NCBI RefSeq assembly: GCF_041956535.1
Contig: NW_027192200.1
Location: 577,477 to 641,476 of the forward strand
From: Calcarisporiella thermophila CBS 279.70
Taxonomy: Eukaryota; Fungi; Calcarisporiellomycota
Direction of reading: 5' to 3'
Length of the DNA stretch: 64,000 bases
Shown here: piece by piece, positions 1-12,436 of the stretch
How the letters are laid out: every line of letters begins with the position of its first letter
Position numbering within the stretch: the first letter of the stretch is position 1
Translations under genes and position numbers: made by a program
Notes under the pieces: model-generated
What the model was told of the DNA's origin: nothing
Seen by the model: the letters and a program-made list of their open reading frames with translations, nothing else
Databases searched by the model: none

Positions 1-219
1 ACATTCTTTCTTCTTCACGTATAATTAGAAAACAAAAAAAAAGAGAAAGCAGAAACAAGTTTGTTGGTGTGAAATTGAATCGAGAAAACCAGCAACTCCT
101 AAGAGCTCCGACTGATTCCTCCTATAATGCGTATTAAATTTCTATTAAATTTATTATTTTAATACCGAAACCACAAAATAAATCTAATGATAGAGGTGTT
201 GGAGCTTTTGAGGACGTGT

Positions 220-941
220 CTAGACTGGAAGTGCCCCTTGGGTAAATTCTCCCTCGACTCCAGGCTCTAGTAGGGCGGCGTGTCCAAGAACAATAACACC
301 TGACGCACCTAGATTGTCACAACCAGGGTTAGTTACAAAAGGTCTGCAAAAGGTCCAAAAGCGACTCACCAATTAACCAAAATGCGGCCGATCCGGCACC
401 CCTAATTACAATCAATTCCATGTCAATTACACATATGTCTGTGAAGTAAGGACAACATAAACCTCATGATACGTACGAGATCCATAGAAGTGGAATGCCG
501 AGACCCACCAAGCCGGCATAGAGCTGCTTGTGAGTGACGGGGTAAGTTCCAAGCATGATGGGCTCGTTTGCAGGCCGCGTCGAAACGAAGGCGAACCCCA
601 GCAACAAGAAGATGAGTGTGAACAACAGCCAGAGATTGGTGATTCTAGTCAGGTTCATCAGATTAATCCTGGTCGAGCCTAAATCTGCTCCCGCAGAGGA
701 GCGGGGCGAAGATGACGCCAACTTACATAACATAGATAATGAGCCCAAGCACCAAAAGCAAGTAGTTGGCCTTGAAGTATGGCAGATTTGCGTTCCAGCG
801 CTGCGTGACCTCTTGGAAGTTGTTTGGCTTGCTGATCCGATTCTTGTCAAACATTTCACCCATGGGGCGTAGGTTTACAAAATGCTCATCGCGAATGCGT
901 TGAACAACGGATGGCATCTGTATCTGGCTGATCTGATCCAT
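220..941 (-). CDS. YIP3: PRA1 family (Yip3-like) prenylated Rab acceptor, 4 exons
   Basis: LRPMGEMFD...RWNANLPYFKANY motif, hydrophobic segments and C-terminal VIVLGHAALLEP. Three GT-AG introns join the ORF fragments. TAG at 220-222. Confidence 0.85.
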
Positions 942-1861
942 GCTGGGTAGTAGAGTGAACGGATGGAGATGAATCGGAAAGATATTTTTCTACCTCCTCC
1001 TCCCCCCCTTAATTTGATTCAAAAATATATCAGGAAAGGTGCCGCAGTAGGCCTTCGAAAATAGAAAGGGATCTTGGGAGCCAAGAAATGCCACGACGCA
1101 GGACTATTTTAAGCATCTTGCCACTTGTCGGAGAAATAGTGGTTAAGCTAGAATTACGGATGGCCGGCGCAATTCGATGACTAAAATGAATATATTTTCC
1201 AAAGATCCCCTAAAAGTAACAAGTCTGAGTACTGAGCAAAAACTACCCAAATGAGAAAAAGGAGTGTACAGGAAATGGCAACTAAGGAAAGGCAAGTTGG
1301 AATAAAAGTAAACCAAACTCGAGAGAAGGGAAGGAGAGGCATTTACACAATTTCATCCAAAAGAATAGAAATATAAAAAGCGGCGCAAAATATCGACAGA
1401 GAGGAATAAGAAAAAGGAATGAAGCAACCGAATGCAAACGAGAAAACTAGGAGGAATAAGCGCTAATAAAAAAAAAAGAGTAAATAGCATATGAGATAAT
1501 AAATATACCACAGGAAGTTTTTTCCTTAAGAAAAATAAAAGAATATTCATGAATGAAAAAATATTAAAATCCTTCAATGAAATATATAAACTGTTGATAG
1601 CAAAGGGAAAAAGAAAAACAAAGCAAAAGGGAAATAATGTGATGTGATGAGACTGATTTCAGATGTATAAAAGAAGAAAGAGAAAGAGAAAGAGAAAGAG
1701 AATAAAAAAAAATGTATATATAAACCATCAAAGGGGGGAGGGGGCCAAGGGGCCCCTTTGGTAAAAGCAAAAAAAAAAAAAAAAGGAATGACCACAAGAT
1801 CCTTAAGAGGTGAATGAAGCATCATTTTTATACCGATATAGTTCTTTTGTAGCGCCCACAA

Positions 1862-2988
1862 TTAATCCCAAGGGCGCCAGGGTCCAGCATTCTTTTCGAG
1901 CCCCTCCTCGCCGACGGGCGACACGGACGAGCCCAGCCGGCCACTTTGATCTAGAAGCGCACTGCAGCTGCGTGGCCTGCCCTTCACGCGGATCTCCTTG
2001 ATAAGACTGCTGCTGGGGCGGACTGCGTCGCTCTTTCGTCGCATGGATTTGCTAGAGGGGGCAGGCTCCTGCTGCCTGACATCCTCCTCGCATTGAACTA
2101 GCTGCGCTGCACTTGCCAGCAGGTCCATGGCGCTTGTCGTTGAGGAGGGCGTGTAATGCAGCGGGTGCTCAGGAGGGGATGGGGGGACCCCACTTTTGGC
2201 ATAGGGGTGGACGCCTTTATACGGAGAGCAATGCGGGGAGTACTGAGCACCGGCGGCATTTTGCGCAAACGTGGGCGTGGTGGGGGTGACTGGGGAAACG
2301 GGCGCTGAAGCGCACTGCTGGCAGCTGTGGCCATAGTAGTGGGTTGGGTGATAAGGGGTTGGTTGGATCTTGAGTGGGTAGGGGGCGATGACTCTTCCCG
2401 AGAGAGCAGACGAGGGTGGCGGCTGTTGCAAACCAGAGGGGCGGCGTTCATTGGAATAAGCCCTTGGTCTTCCCGTCGGGGGGATGGGGGCAATCTGATA
2501 GGGATGGGGCGAAAATGCAAAGGTGCCAGGAGGCCCCGCGTGATAAGAGCGCTGCGCGTGAATTTGAGCGAGGCTCGCTTGAAGGGCACGAATACGGTTC
2601 ACCTTGGCCCGGCGGTTTTGGAACCATATCTGAAGGAAAAAGTAAAAGCGAGACAAACGGGTCAGCATGCATCATCGAGCAAGAAAGATGAAAGCATCCA
2701 GATGCTTGCCTGAACCTCGCGGTTCGTCATTCCTAGTCTTTTGCCTACTGACTCGCGGATGTCGAAGCTCGGCGTGTCCGTCACTTCAAAAAGCGACTCC
2801 AGCTCCGCCAGCTGCTCAGGAGTGATGCGCCTACGCTTTGGCTTTGTGGAGGGGTCGGATTTATTCTTGTTGGCGCCAGCGTCGGTGTTGGGGGATGCAG
2901 CAGCATTGAGGGTGGGCATCTCAGCAACAGGATTGAGAAGCGAGGCAATACTTCTAGCAGGTGTGGAATGATCCGTTTCCGCCGCCAT
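1862..2988 (-). CDS. Homeodomain transcription factor, 2 exons
   Basis: KPKRRRITPEQLAELESLF...RESVGKRLGMTNREVQ|IWFQNRRAK after removing intron 2630-2709. Pro/Ser-rich tail ends in WRPWD. Confidence 0.9.
2630..2709 (-). other. GC-AG intron in homeobox helix 3
   Basis: Donor CAG|GCAAGC and acceptor ttttccttcag|ATATGG. Removal restores VQIWFQNRR. Confidence 0.8.
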
Positions 2989-3832
2989 TGGAGAGCGTAT
3001 TGTTAAGTGATGAAGACTATTGCAAGCAAACATAAGGAGTGAGCCCAAAATTAAAAGCATCCATGATGTAAATGGAGGGAGATTTCATCCCTATGTCTGC
3101 CAAAGATTGGTGTAAAAAGAAAAAAAACACAAATACCAACCTTTTTTGTTGGAAAAAAAAAACTACACAAGCCTAATCGCTCGTGAGATTGGTAGAGGGC
3201 AGATTAGAGAATAGGAGGTTCAAGTGGGAACAGAGAGAAGGATAAGGGAGGATGGCACAGATAATGATTCGATCACTTCATGAATCTGGCTAATTGAGAA
3301 GAGGAAGAAGAAGAGTGTGGCTCCGCCTGCTAGCGAAAGAAAAAAAAATTAAAATGAGAAAGGGGGAGGCTGCTGAGAAAATCAAATAATTCGAATATGG
3401 CCACAGCCAATCGCGATTGCACAGAGCGATTTGAGGTTAATTGCGGTCACCACCTTCACCCTGTTTACCATTTGCTAATCCACTTTCCTCCCCTGTGGAT
3501 GGCGCGAATGCGCTGGCAAACCGGGCGGCGCAGGCGCCCACGATGCAGCTTAGATTCCCCCCCGGCGCAGCAGGCTTGTCGCGTCGCGTGCCTCTACCCG
3601 TCCCCTCCTCCTCTGCCTCCCCGCCGGCCCCAAGCTCCAAGTTCATGAAATCAACTTAATCCGGTCGGGAAAATATCAATGATGCTAACCTAACCTAGTT
3701 TATCCTCTGGCCCCGGCCGATTGGCTTTCAGTTCTGAATTTTTTTCAATTTTACTCTTTCTTCTCCCTTCCCCCTTTTGCTTTTCATCATCCTGCTTAAA
3801 AAAATTGGGAACGAAGCAGAAAATCAGGAACC

Positions 3833-4524
<692 letters not shown>

Positions 4525-5452
4525 AAGCAAAACATAAAGGCACATGAGGTTATTTGGCTCTTTCCTGCAATACTCTGTTATTAACGAAAGAAAATTTTAA
4601 GCTAGAAAAATTATAATTTTCTTTATTTTCTCATAACTTTTTCTTTTCTCTCTTGGATATTATTATTATTTTGCTCTTCTCTTGGAGTGAATGGTGCTCT
4701 TTCTTCCACAGGATGAATTTTCTTCTTTTAATTCATTTATTCTTTTTTTAAGTGGTATCTATGTGTCTTTATATGTGTTCTTTTGAGGGATTTATTAGAA
4801 TAAAATAGATATTGTTCTTACCCTCAAGCCAACGAAGTTGGGTTTGGGAAGCTATGAAGTCGGAGGGGGGAGGATGGGGCTATGCCATGCACTCTCATTC
4901 CACTATGAAAGGCGGTCTTCCTATTTTCACTTAAAGCCCTCTCCTCATATCCGAGCATGGCTCGTTTTTTTTAGCAGCCCACCCTTGTCCCCTATTGGCC
5001 TATAAGCATCTAGTTCCAGGCCAAGCTAGTGTGCATTTTCCAGACTTGTGCTTGTTTTTCCTCCCCTCTTGCACATAGGCCAAAGGCCCTGATCCCCCAT
5101 AGGGTGACCTGGCCTAAGTAGAATCACATGGGGGGGGGGGGGGCTGGACATCCTATCACTGGCTGTGTATCCCTCCTTCGGGATCCATGCCTACTGCCAT
5201 GGGGGTGACGTCTACCCACCACTTTCCACTGGTTTCGCCCGAGTAAATATCTATAAAATATATTCATTCTGTTTTTTCCTGTCTAATAGAAAATTATAAA
5301 AACATACAATCAAACTCCAAGACACAAAGCCCCCGATACCCGCCGAAAATAAGACAAATAAAAATAGAATAAAAAGGATGAAATATATTTTTCAAGTGTT
5401 ACTTTATTCCTCCGGCAAGCTTCGACCAGGAATGGTCCACACTCCCCCTTTC

Positions 5453-7182
5453 CTAGTTATCGCCATTTTGCTTCTTCTCCTCTCCCTCCCCCTCTGCCGC
5501 CTTGGCCGCGACATTTCCATTCTCGGTGGTGGAAGCGGTGGCCATGGCGCTGGTTAGTTTCGCGATCTTCTCCTCAGCCCGGCGCTTGTTCTCCTCGGTC
5601 ACCTTCTGTTGGTTGTCGAGATACCACTGCTTCTTGGCCTTGATCGCCTCAATCGACTTCTCGATGTCGTTCACGCTGACGGGCACGTCCACCTTGATCT
5701 CCCAGAAGCGCTCCATGATCGAGAGCGGGAGCTTGAGCAACGAGGGCTGCTCGGGCTTCTTCTCCTTCTGCTGCGTGTTGCGGCCGCCCTTCTTTCCGCG
5801 CCCTCCGACAAAGTAGTCGTCGTCGCGCTCCGACTTCTTCTTCAGTGCAACTCCCTCGGGAAGATTGCCCTCCTCCGGCTTGCGCAAACTGGATGAGGTG
5901 GCAGCGGCAGCCGCGGAAGGCGCCTTGCTATTGGCACCGTCCAATGTATACGTCTGCAGGAACTGGAGGAGGCTGTCGCATGCAATGATCTCCTCCGAGA
6001 AGGCGGGGATCTCGGCCAGCTCACGCTCCTTTTCGGCAGCGGCAGCGCGCTTCTCCTCCTCGATCTGTCTTTGGCGCTCGCGTGCCTGTTCGCGGCGGCG
6101 CTCGCGCTCCTCCCGGACATGGTTGAAGTACGCGTCCAGAGCCCGCTTATGCTCGTCTTGCAGGGCACGCCGCTTGTCGAATTCAGCGTTGATCTCCGCC
6201 TTGATCTTGTCGCGCTCATCAAACAACTCGCGGCGCTTGCTCCATTCGGCATTTTGCTCCTTGTCAATGGCCTCGAGCTGGGCCTTGATCTCGTTATACT
6301 CGGCGTTCAGGGCCCGCGATTGGTTGTCGTCCATCGTGCGGCGGAGCTCATCAATGGCCTTCTTATCGGCGTCAATGGCCTCCTGCTGCGATTGGAAGGT
6401 CTCGAAGGTCTTCCGAGACTTCTTGAGGGAAGAAATCTCAGACACATATTTCTTCTCCTCAATCAACTTAAGCTGACCGCTCGTAACCTTGCCCTCAAGC
6501 TCGCTGTAGCAGGGAAACAAAATGCCGTGTCAATATGGAAGATAAAATGGGGGGAGGGGAGGAGAGCTCTATATATATGGCACCTGATTCTGGCATCAAT
6601 TTCCTTGAGTGATTTGAAGGGCAATTTGTCTTTGGATGCTTTCATCTCGTTGATCTACACGAGATATAAATAAGTTCAGCGTCAGACGACACTTCTATTC
6701 CTCCACACAAATAAAAAAAACCCCGTCAAGTGCGGTTTTGGTCATTACCTTTTTTTGCATCGACGAGGTGAGAGTTCGAATCTGCTCCAATATAGATTCC
6801 TTACCCTTTTTAATACCGGCCTGCTTGTCGCGCAGTTCAGCAAGCTTATTGCGGAGCTCGGTACGCTTTTCATTCACATTGTTGCGGCCACCCGAGGTTC
6901 CGACCTTGTCCTTGATATCATCCTACGATGAACAAGAAAATTCCAGAATAATTAGAAAGATGATAAGAGCCATTCTCACCAATCCATCACGGTCAGCAAT
7001 CCATCCAAGATGGATTGGCCTTTTATTGTCATCTGTTTGCAACTTACCAATCTTTTCCTAAGCTTAGCGATCGTGTTGTTAATCTCCTCAAGCGACTTTT
7101 TGTAAGCGTCATCATCGGGCTTTTGAGGGGCTTTGACACGAGCGATTTTCTCGGAGGCTTGTGCGGACTTTGTTTCTGCCAT
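5453..7182 (-). CDS. BFR1: Bfr1-like coiled-coil nuclear segregation/mRNP protein, 4 exons
   Basis: KDKLPFKSLKEIDARI, GQLKLIEEKKYVSEISSL, AEIPAFSEEIIACDSL and KKK..DDDYFVGG blocks typical of fungal Bfr1. Confidence 0.8.
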
Positions 7183-7766
7183 CGCTTTTTTCACAGTAGT
7201 TTAAACAACAAAGGATTGCTCTTCCTCTCCGAGTAGCGTGATGAAGAAAGAACAAGGCGGAAAGGTTTAAATTTTATTTGGGGTGAAGATTTAACATCCG
7301 ATAATAAGCCACGCCCCGGCAATAGAATAGGGGCGCGCTTATTGCATTTTTGATTTCCTCCTCCTGAAAATCAAACCAAGTGACCTCCGCGCCTTATCAG
7401 GGGGACAAAATGCGGGCGCGAAACGCCTGGGCGAGCCCGAGTCGGTTGCCCGGCAGGACGGTGGCGAGGGGCCCACGGCCACAGTCGGCCCATTGGGGGT
7501 GCGTGGGCTTCGAACACACAGAGCCGTGCTTGCTTTTCATGCTCGCTTGATCAGGCATCAGCTATCCGGCCCAATCCATTACAGCCCGACCGTATCACGC
7601 CCTCTCACACCATGCAAAATGTTGAGGATTGATCCAATGGGCAGGGAGAGATAGTCTCATTTTTATTTTAGAGATTTGTCAATACTTCCTTTTCTTCCTC
7701 CCCCCCCCCCCCCTTCCTATCTTGTTTTTATTTTCTCCCCATATTTCCATCCCCTCAACAGCCAAG

Positions 7767-9250
7767 ATGCTCTCCCTGCTGGAAACAAACTACAAGGACC
7801 ATGCTCCGGAGTCCGCTCAACCCCTCCCGGAATCCATCCTTAAAGAAATCCCCTTCGTCGAGTTGACGGTTCGTTCAGAGGCACCCCACCTGTTCGAGGA
7901 TTCGGCTAAAGTCGTGCTCGCTTTTTTCCCTTCGTGGCGGCCGGAAGAGCTAGACTTCTACCAATGCAAAGACGGCATCACCAATAAATGTAAGGACTTT
8001 TATATTAGTGGAGGAGAACTGCTTTGCGATGGAGGAGGAAGGCGAGAGAAATCCGGGCCAACTGACAACCCCCTATTTTTAACAGTGGTTAAAGTGACAA
8101 GAAAGGAAACAGGAGAATGCGTGCTAGTGCGAGCATATGGAAGAAATTCAGAGATTATTATTGATCGCGGTCAAGAAATCATGGTAATACCTTTGTAATC
8201 GCGTCCTGCCTTCTGAATGAAAATTTACTGATGACACCCCCCCCCCCTCCTCTCCTCTCTAGAACATCGTTTGTCTCTCCAATCTCGAACTCGCCCCACC
8301 CCTGTTCGGCCGTTTTAAGAATGGGCTTGTCTACGGATATATCCCGGGGAGGATCTTCTCAGTCGATGATATGGCTGAAGCACAGAAGTCGGCCCTTGTC
8401 GCCCGCCGTTTGGCACAGTGGCATAAGGTCAAATTGCCCATTGAACGTCAGTCGCGGTTGTTTAGCACTCTGTACAAGTGGTTGAAAGAGGTTCCTACGG
8501 AGTTTGCGGATGGGAAGCGAGACGCGATCTTGAAAAAGCACTTCACCCCTAACCGGCTAATTGAAGAGGTAGGATGAGATTGGGAGAGTTTTCGTCCAAC
8601 CCTCTACTCACTGTCTTCACCACAAAAGGTTAAGTTTTTGGAGCAAGCGTTGGCAAAGTTCAACTCCCCGGTTGTCTTCTGCCACAACGATTTACTACAC
8701 GCCAACATCATCTACACGGAATCCGATGGTATATTTATTTCGATTTTTATTATAGAGTTTATTTTTTTTCTAGATACATCCTTTTAATATCGGATATCTT
8801 CTTGACAGATGTTGCATTCATCGATATGGAATACGCCTCCTATTCCTTTCGAGGCTTTGACATTGGTAACCATTTCAATGAATACGCAGGTAAGATTTTT
8901 TTATCGGCCCCGTACTTTTTATTACGTGATATCAGTATACGATTCTAACACTATAATCACCTTCTTCTAACAAAGGCTTTGACTGTGATTATTCTCGATA
9001 CCCATCTAAAGAGACACAGCTTCTCTGGCTCAGCCAGTATCTCTCCGCCTACCACCCCGACCAAGCGGTGGACATGAAGGAGCTGGAAGAGCTCTATGCC
9101 GAGGTCGACGCCTTCTCCCTTGCCAGCCACCTCTATTGGTGCCTATGGGCCCTTGCCCAGGCAAAGATTTCAGACATTGATTTCGATTATTTAGGATACG
9201 CTGTGCTACGCTTCAACGAATACTTAAGGCGTAAGGCCGAAGTATTCTGA
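7767..9250 (+). CDS. Ethanolamine/choline kinase
   Basis: DGITNK, LVRAYG, Brenner motif CHNDLLHANII, FIDMEYA, FDIGNHFNEYAG and ASHLYWCLWAL across about 7 exons. Confidence 0.93.
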
Positions 9251-9461
9251 CACCCCCTGCCGCATTCCCCCAACCCCACCCCCACCCTGAACGCTTATTC
9301 TTATTCATGATTCTATTTTAAACCCCACTTATGTAATTATTGGAACCTTTCTATCTATCGATACACTCGAGCCCTTTGAACAAGGTTTTGCCTCCGTTAA
9401 TATTACCATATATGTTGAAATAAAGACGTTTTTATTTGGTATCAGGCGTGGCATGCAATAT

Positions 9462-11176
9462 TTACAAGGAGTGACCTTGGCCAGGCGGCAAGGTGGGAGA
9501 CTGGGGAATATACACCGGCGAATCTTGTTTCGTGGCAGAAGGGGGCGCCAACCCATCCCTAGTGCCGTGCTCCAAACGCGCGCAATGGGCCTCATCCTCC
9601 CTCCGATGCGACGAGAACGCGTGCTCTGGAGATCGGTCAGGAATTAAAAAAACCATCGCATCATATTGAGGCCGGAGAACACCAATTTTAATTCTTACCA
9701 TCTTTGTCGCCCGGAGCAAAGCCTTCTCTTCTTAGGAGATGGAAAGAGGAAGGGGTAGGATAAGGGTGAAGAAAGTTGCACTCGTCTCCTCTCAAACACT
9801 CGCCCTTCTCGTAGTCGGCTAAAGGCTCCAAAAGATTAATATAAAAGTCATATCGCATCCATACTCGCTAATGGAGACCCACCGCATAGGGCTAAATGCC
9901 ATTTCGTAACGGGCACAAATTGGCACTGTAGGCGCTTTCCTGCATAGAACCGGCCATGCATGATCTTGAAAGCGGCAGAGGCATCGGCCTCCCTAGCATA
10001 TTGCACATACACATTGCCTCGGAGATGCGATGCGTTATTTCTCGCCACCTATTTTTTTTTTGTTTGCAGAACTCGGCATTGAATCCAGGATATGCAAGCC
10101 ATCTCTAGGAAATGCTTTTATTACCTTAAATTCAATCACCCTGCCGAAGTGATTAAATTCAGCGTAAACATCGTCGAACCACTCCGCAAAATGTTCAGCA
10201 ATCTCCTCGTCGCTATACTAAAATGGAGAAAGAGCAGAGTTAAGGGTGTACTCATCAGCTATCCACGGGGGATCCTTTAGAAAAGAAATACAACAGCAAT
10301 TGCACTGATCTAAAAGCTAGCCAAATATAGCTTTTGTACCTCAAGCATAATATCAGTATCTTCATCCGACAATATTTTGCGGATGCCATCATACATATTC
10401 TTCACCATTATGGTGGAGCTATGGTAAGGATACGGATGAAGTTTCGTGCAGTGCTTGCCATTTGGGCACACGCCGGTCCTGAGATAGAGAAAGCAGTAGT
10501 TGGGATCCTAGGTTAAAAAAAAAAAGGAGAAAAAAATGCATCAGTTAATATATAATGATGATATGATGAGAAACACCAACTACTTTTTCGGAAACAGTCT
10601 CGGGGTCTGGAAGAGCGGAATACATCACCGGTGTACGAGCCTCCATCGTAGAATGTGGGTGCAAGTAGGCTGTAGTCCAATCCGTCTATATAAAAATGAT
10701 ATGGATAAGATACTGGTAAAGCTCGAGGGAATTTATAATGACTACCACGTGCTTTTCCTGCTCTTTACTCTTATTTAACATGTCTTCCTCAAGCTTCGGT
10801 TTTAGCTCTTCCTCGATTTTCTTTCTGACTTCCTCCGCCCTTAAACGTACTCTGTTCTCGGCAATGATCTTTTGCTCCGAAAGCTCCCATTTTCGCTTGG
10901 CTTCCTCATATTCTTTGATCTCCTTCTCGTTATTGTCTTAATCATTGCAGGCAGATTAGTCGAAGACATAAGCATGACCATGCAAATCAGCAGCTAAATA
11001 CCATTACTCGGAATGTCTCTCTTGGCTCGCATGGAAGCGAGCGCTCGTCGAATTTCTTTCCGGCGCTTTTTCTTCTGACGTCTTCGGAATTCAACGCGCG
11101 GTATGCGTTCATTCTGAGGCAATGCGCTACTCCCACCATGTCCTTTTGTAGGAATGGCTTCGCTTTCGTCTGACAT
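9462..11176 (-). CDS. ZRSR2: ZRSR2/Urp-like U2AF35-related splicing factor (CCCH-UHM-CCCH)
   Basis: Basic coiled-coil N-terminus (RRRQKKKRRKEIRRALA) and CCCH1 (CFLYLRTGVCPNGKHCTKLH). UHM reads LEYSDEEIAEHFAEWFDDVYAEF...HLRGNVYVQY...GRFYAGKRL. CCCH2 is CADYEKGECLRGDECNFLH. The N-terminal extension distinguishes it from U2AF1. Last exon less certain. Confidence 0.85.
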
Positions 11177-12436
11177 TCTACGAACGACTTTGTTAGTTGA
11201 AAACTCGTTTAAAATCGAGAAGTGGCTTTGTGGACGGAATCTTGTACCAGAAATTCTTAAACTTGTCTCTTTTTACACTCAACTAGACGTTTTGCCCGGC
11301 ATAGTAGAACCTTAGTACAATCTTAATCCATGCGTCGATTCTAGAAGATATATGCTCCTTGCATGTTTCTTTGAAGGATGTTGATACTATCACCCATGTC
11401 TGTATCCGGTCCGCCGCCTATAGGGAAATGCCGAGTACTAGGCTCGGATGAAGAGCTATTCATGGTTCAATGATGCATGGGAGATACTACCAGGTGCTTT
11501 TATGTGAATATCTGCTTAGGAGACGAGAGAAAATTGAACACACAAGTGTGAGAAGCCGAGATAGCCGAGATTCAAAAGTCTTAGGGCCATGAAGGTTCTG
11601 TTCTGAAGATGGGTGTATAAGCTCCTGAAACCGTAAATTGAAAAAGACCCATCGTGGGTCATCACATAGAGTGGGGGGGGGGGGGTTGACCTCGAAGACT
11701 CAGCCGACTTGACCCAACCTTTAATAACAAGTCTGACTTGACGCTCTATGCGGATTTGGGCTCTTGCCCATTATGTGCAAACTTTTTTACGCGCTAACCT
11801 AGGTAATAAGATCGCCTATGGGGAATATACCGCGCAGAGAAGAGGGCGTTAAGAAGGAATTAAGCTAAGCCGGCATAGGGTTAAATTTATTGCTGATTAC
11901 CGCTGCTTACCAGATGCAAGATAGCCTATTGTGTAATCCAACCTGCTCACGCTCACGTGGGCTATCAAGAGCATTAGAGTTGGTATTTGGGTGGCTCTAG
12001 AGACCTGACGGCCGCGGAGAAGGGCTTAGCCGGCTCTTGGGAGGGGGGACCACCATGATCATGACCAGAGTTGTGTCACCTTTGGACAATCTGGGGCATA
12101 TGCCGTTTAAAAGAGGAGCCTCCATAAACGTACTTAGCAATGCTTTCGCAGCCAGGAAAACGCCTGCTATTTGTAGTCACCCAACCTCTATATTCATCTA
12201 TAGCCCCTCTCCGCGAATCACATGACGAGCTGGCTCAATTCCGGAATGCGTGGAATTTATAGGGACAGCTCGAAGTCACAAATGATCTCAGCTTGTGTCC
12301 TCAATCGAAATAGACTTCGAACTCTCTGCTAGACCGCAGGAAAGATAATTTATCAGTCCAGGCCCCACAATAACTCTCCTCCTCTACCCGCTCATCCTTA
12401 GCAAACCCTAATACTTCGAAGTTTGCTTCGCAACTC

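Noticed and set aside
1353-1861. Phe/Leu-rich ORFs and a (GAAAGA)n tract
   Set aside because: Low-complexity 3' UTR or intergenic sequence
5502-6673. Long plus-strand ORFs opposite BFR1 (similar antisense ORFs at the permease, bZIP and ATPase genes)
   Set aside because: Shadow ORFs caused by GC-rich codon usage on the coding strand; no recognisable motifs
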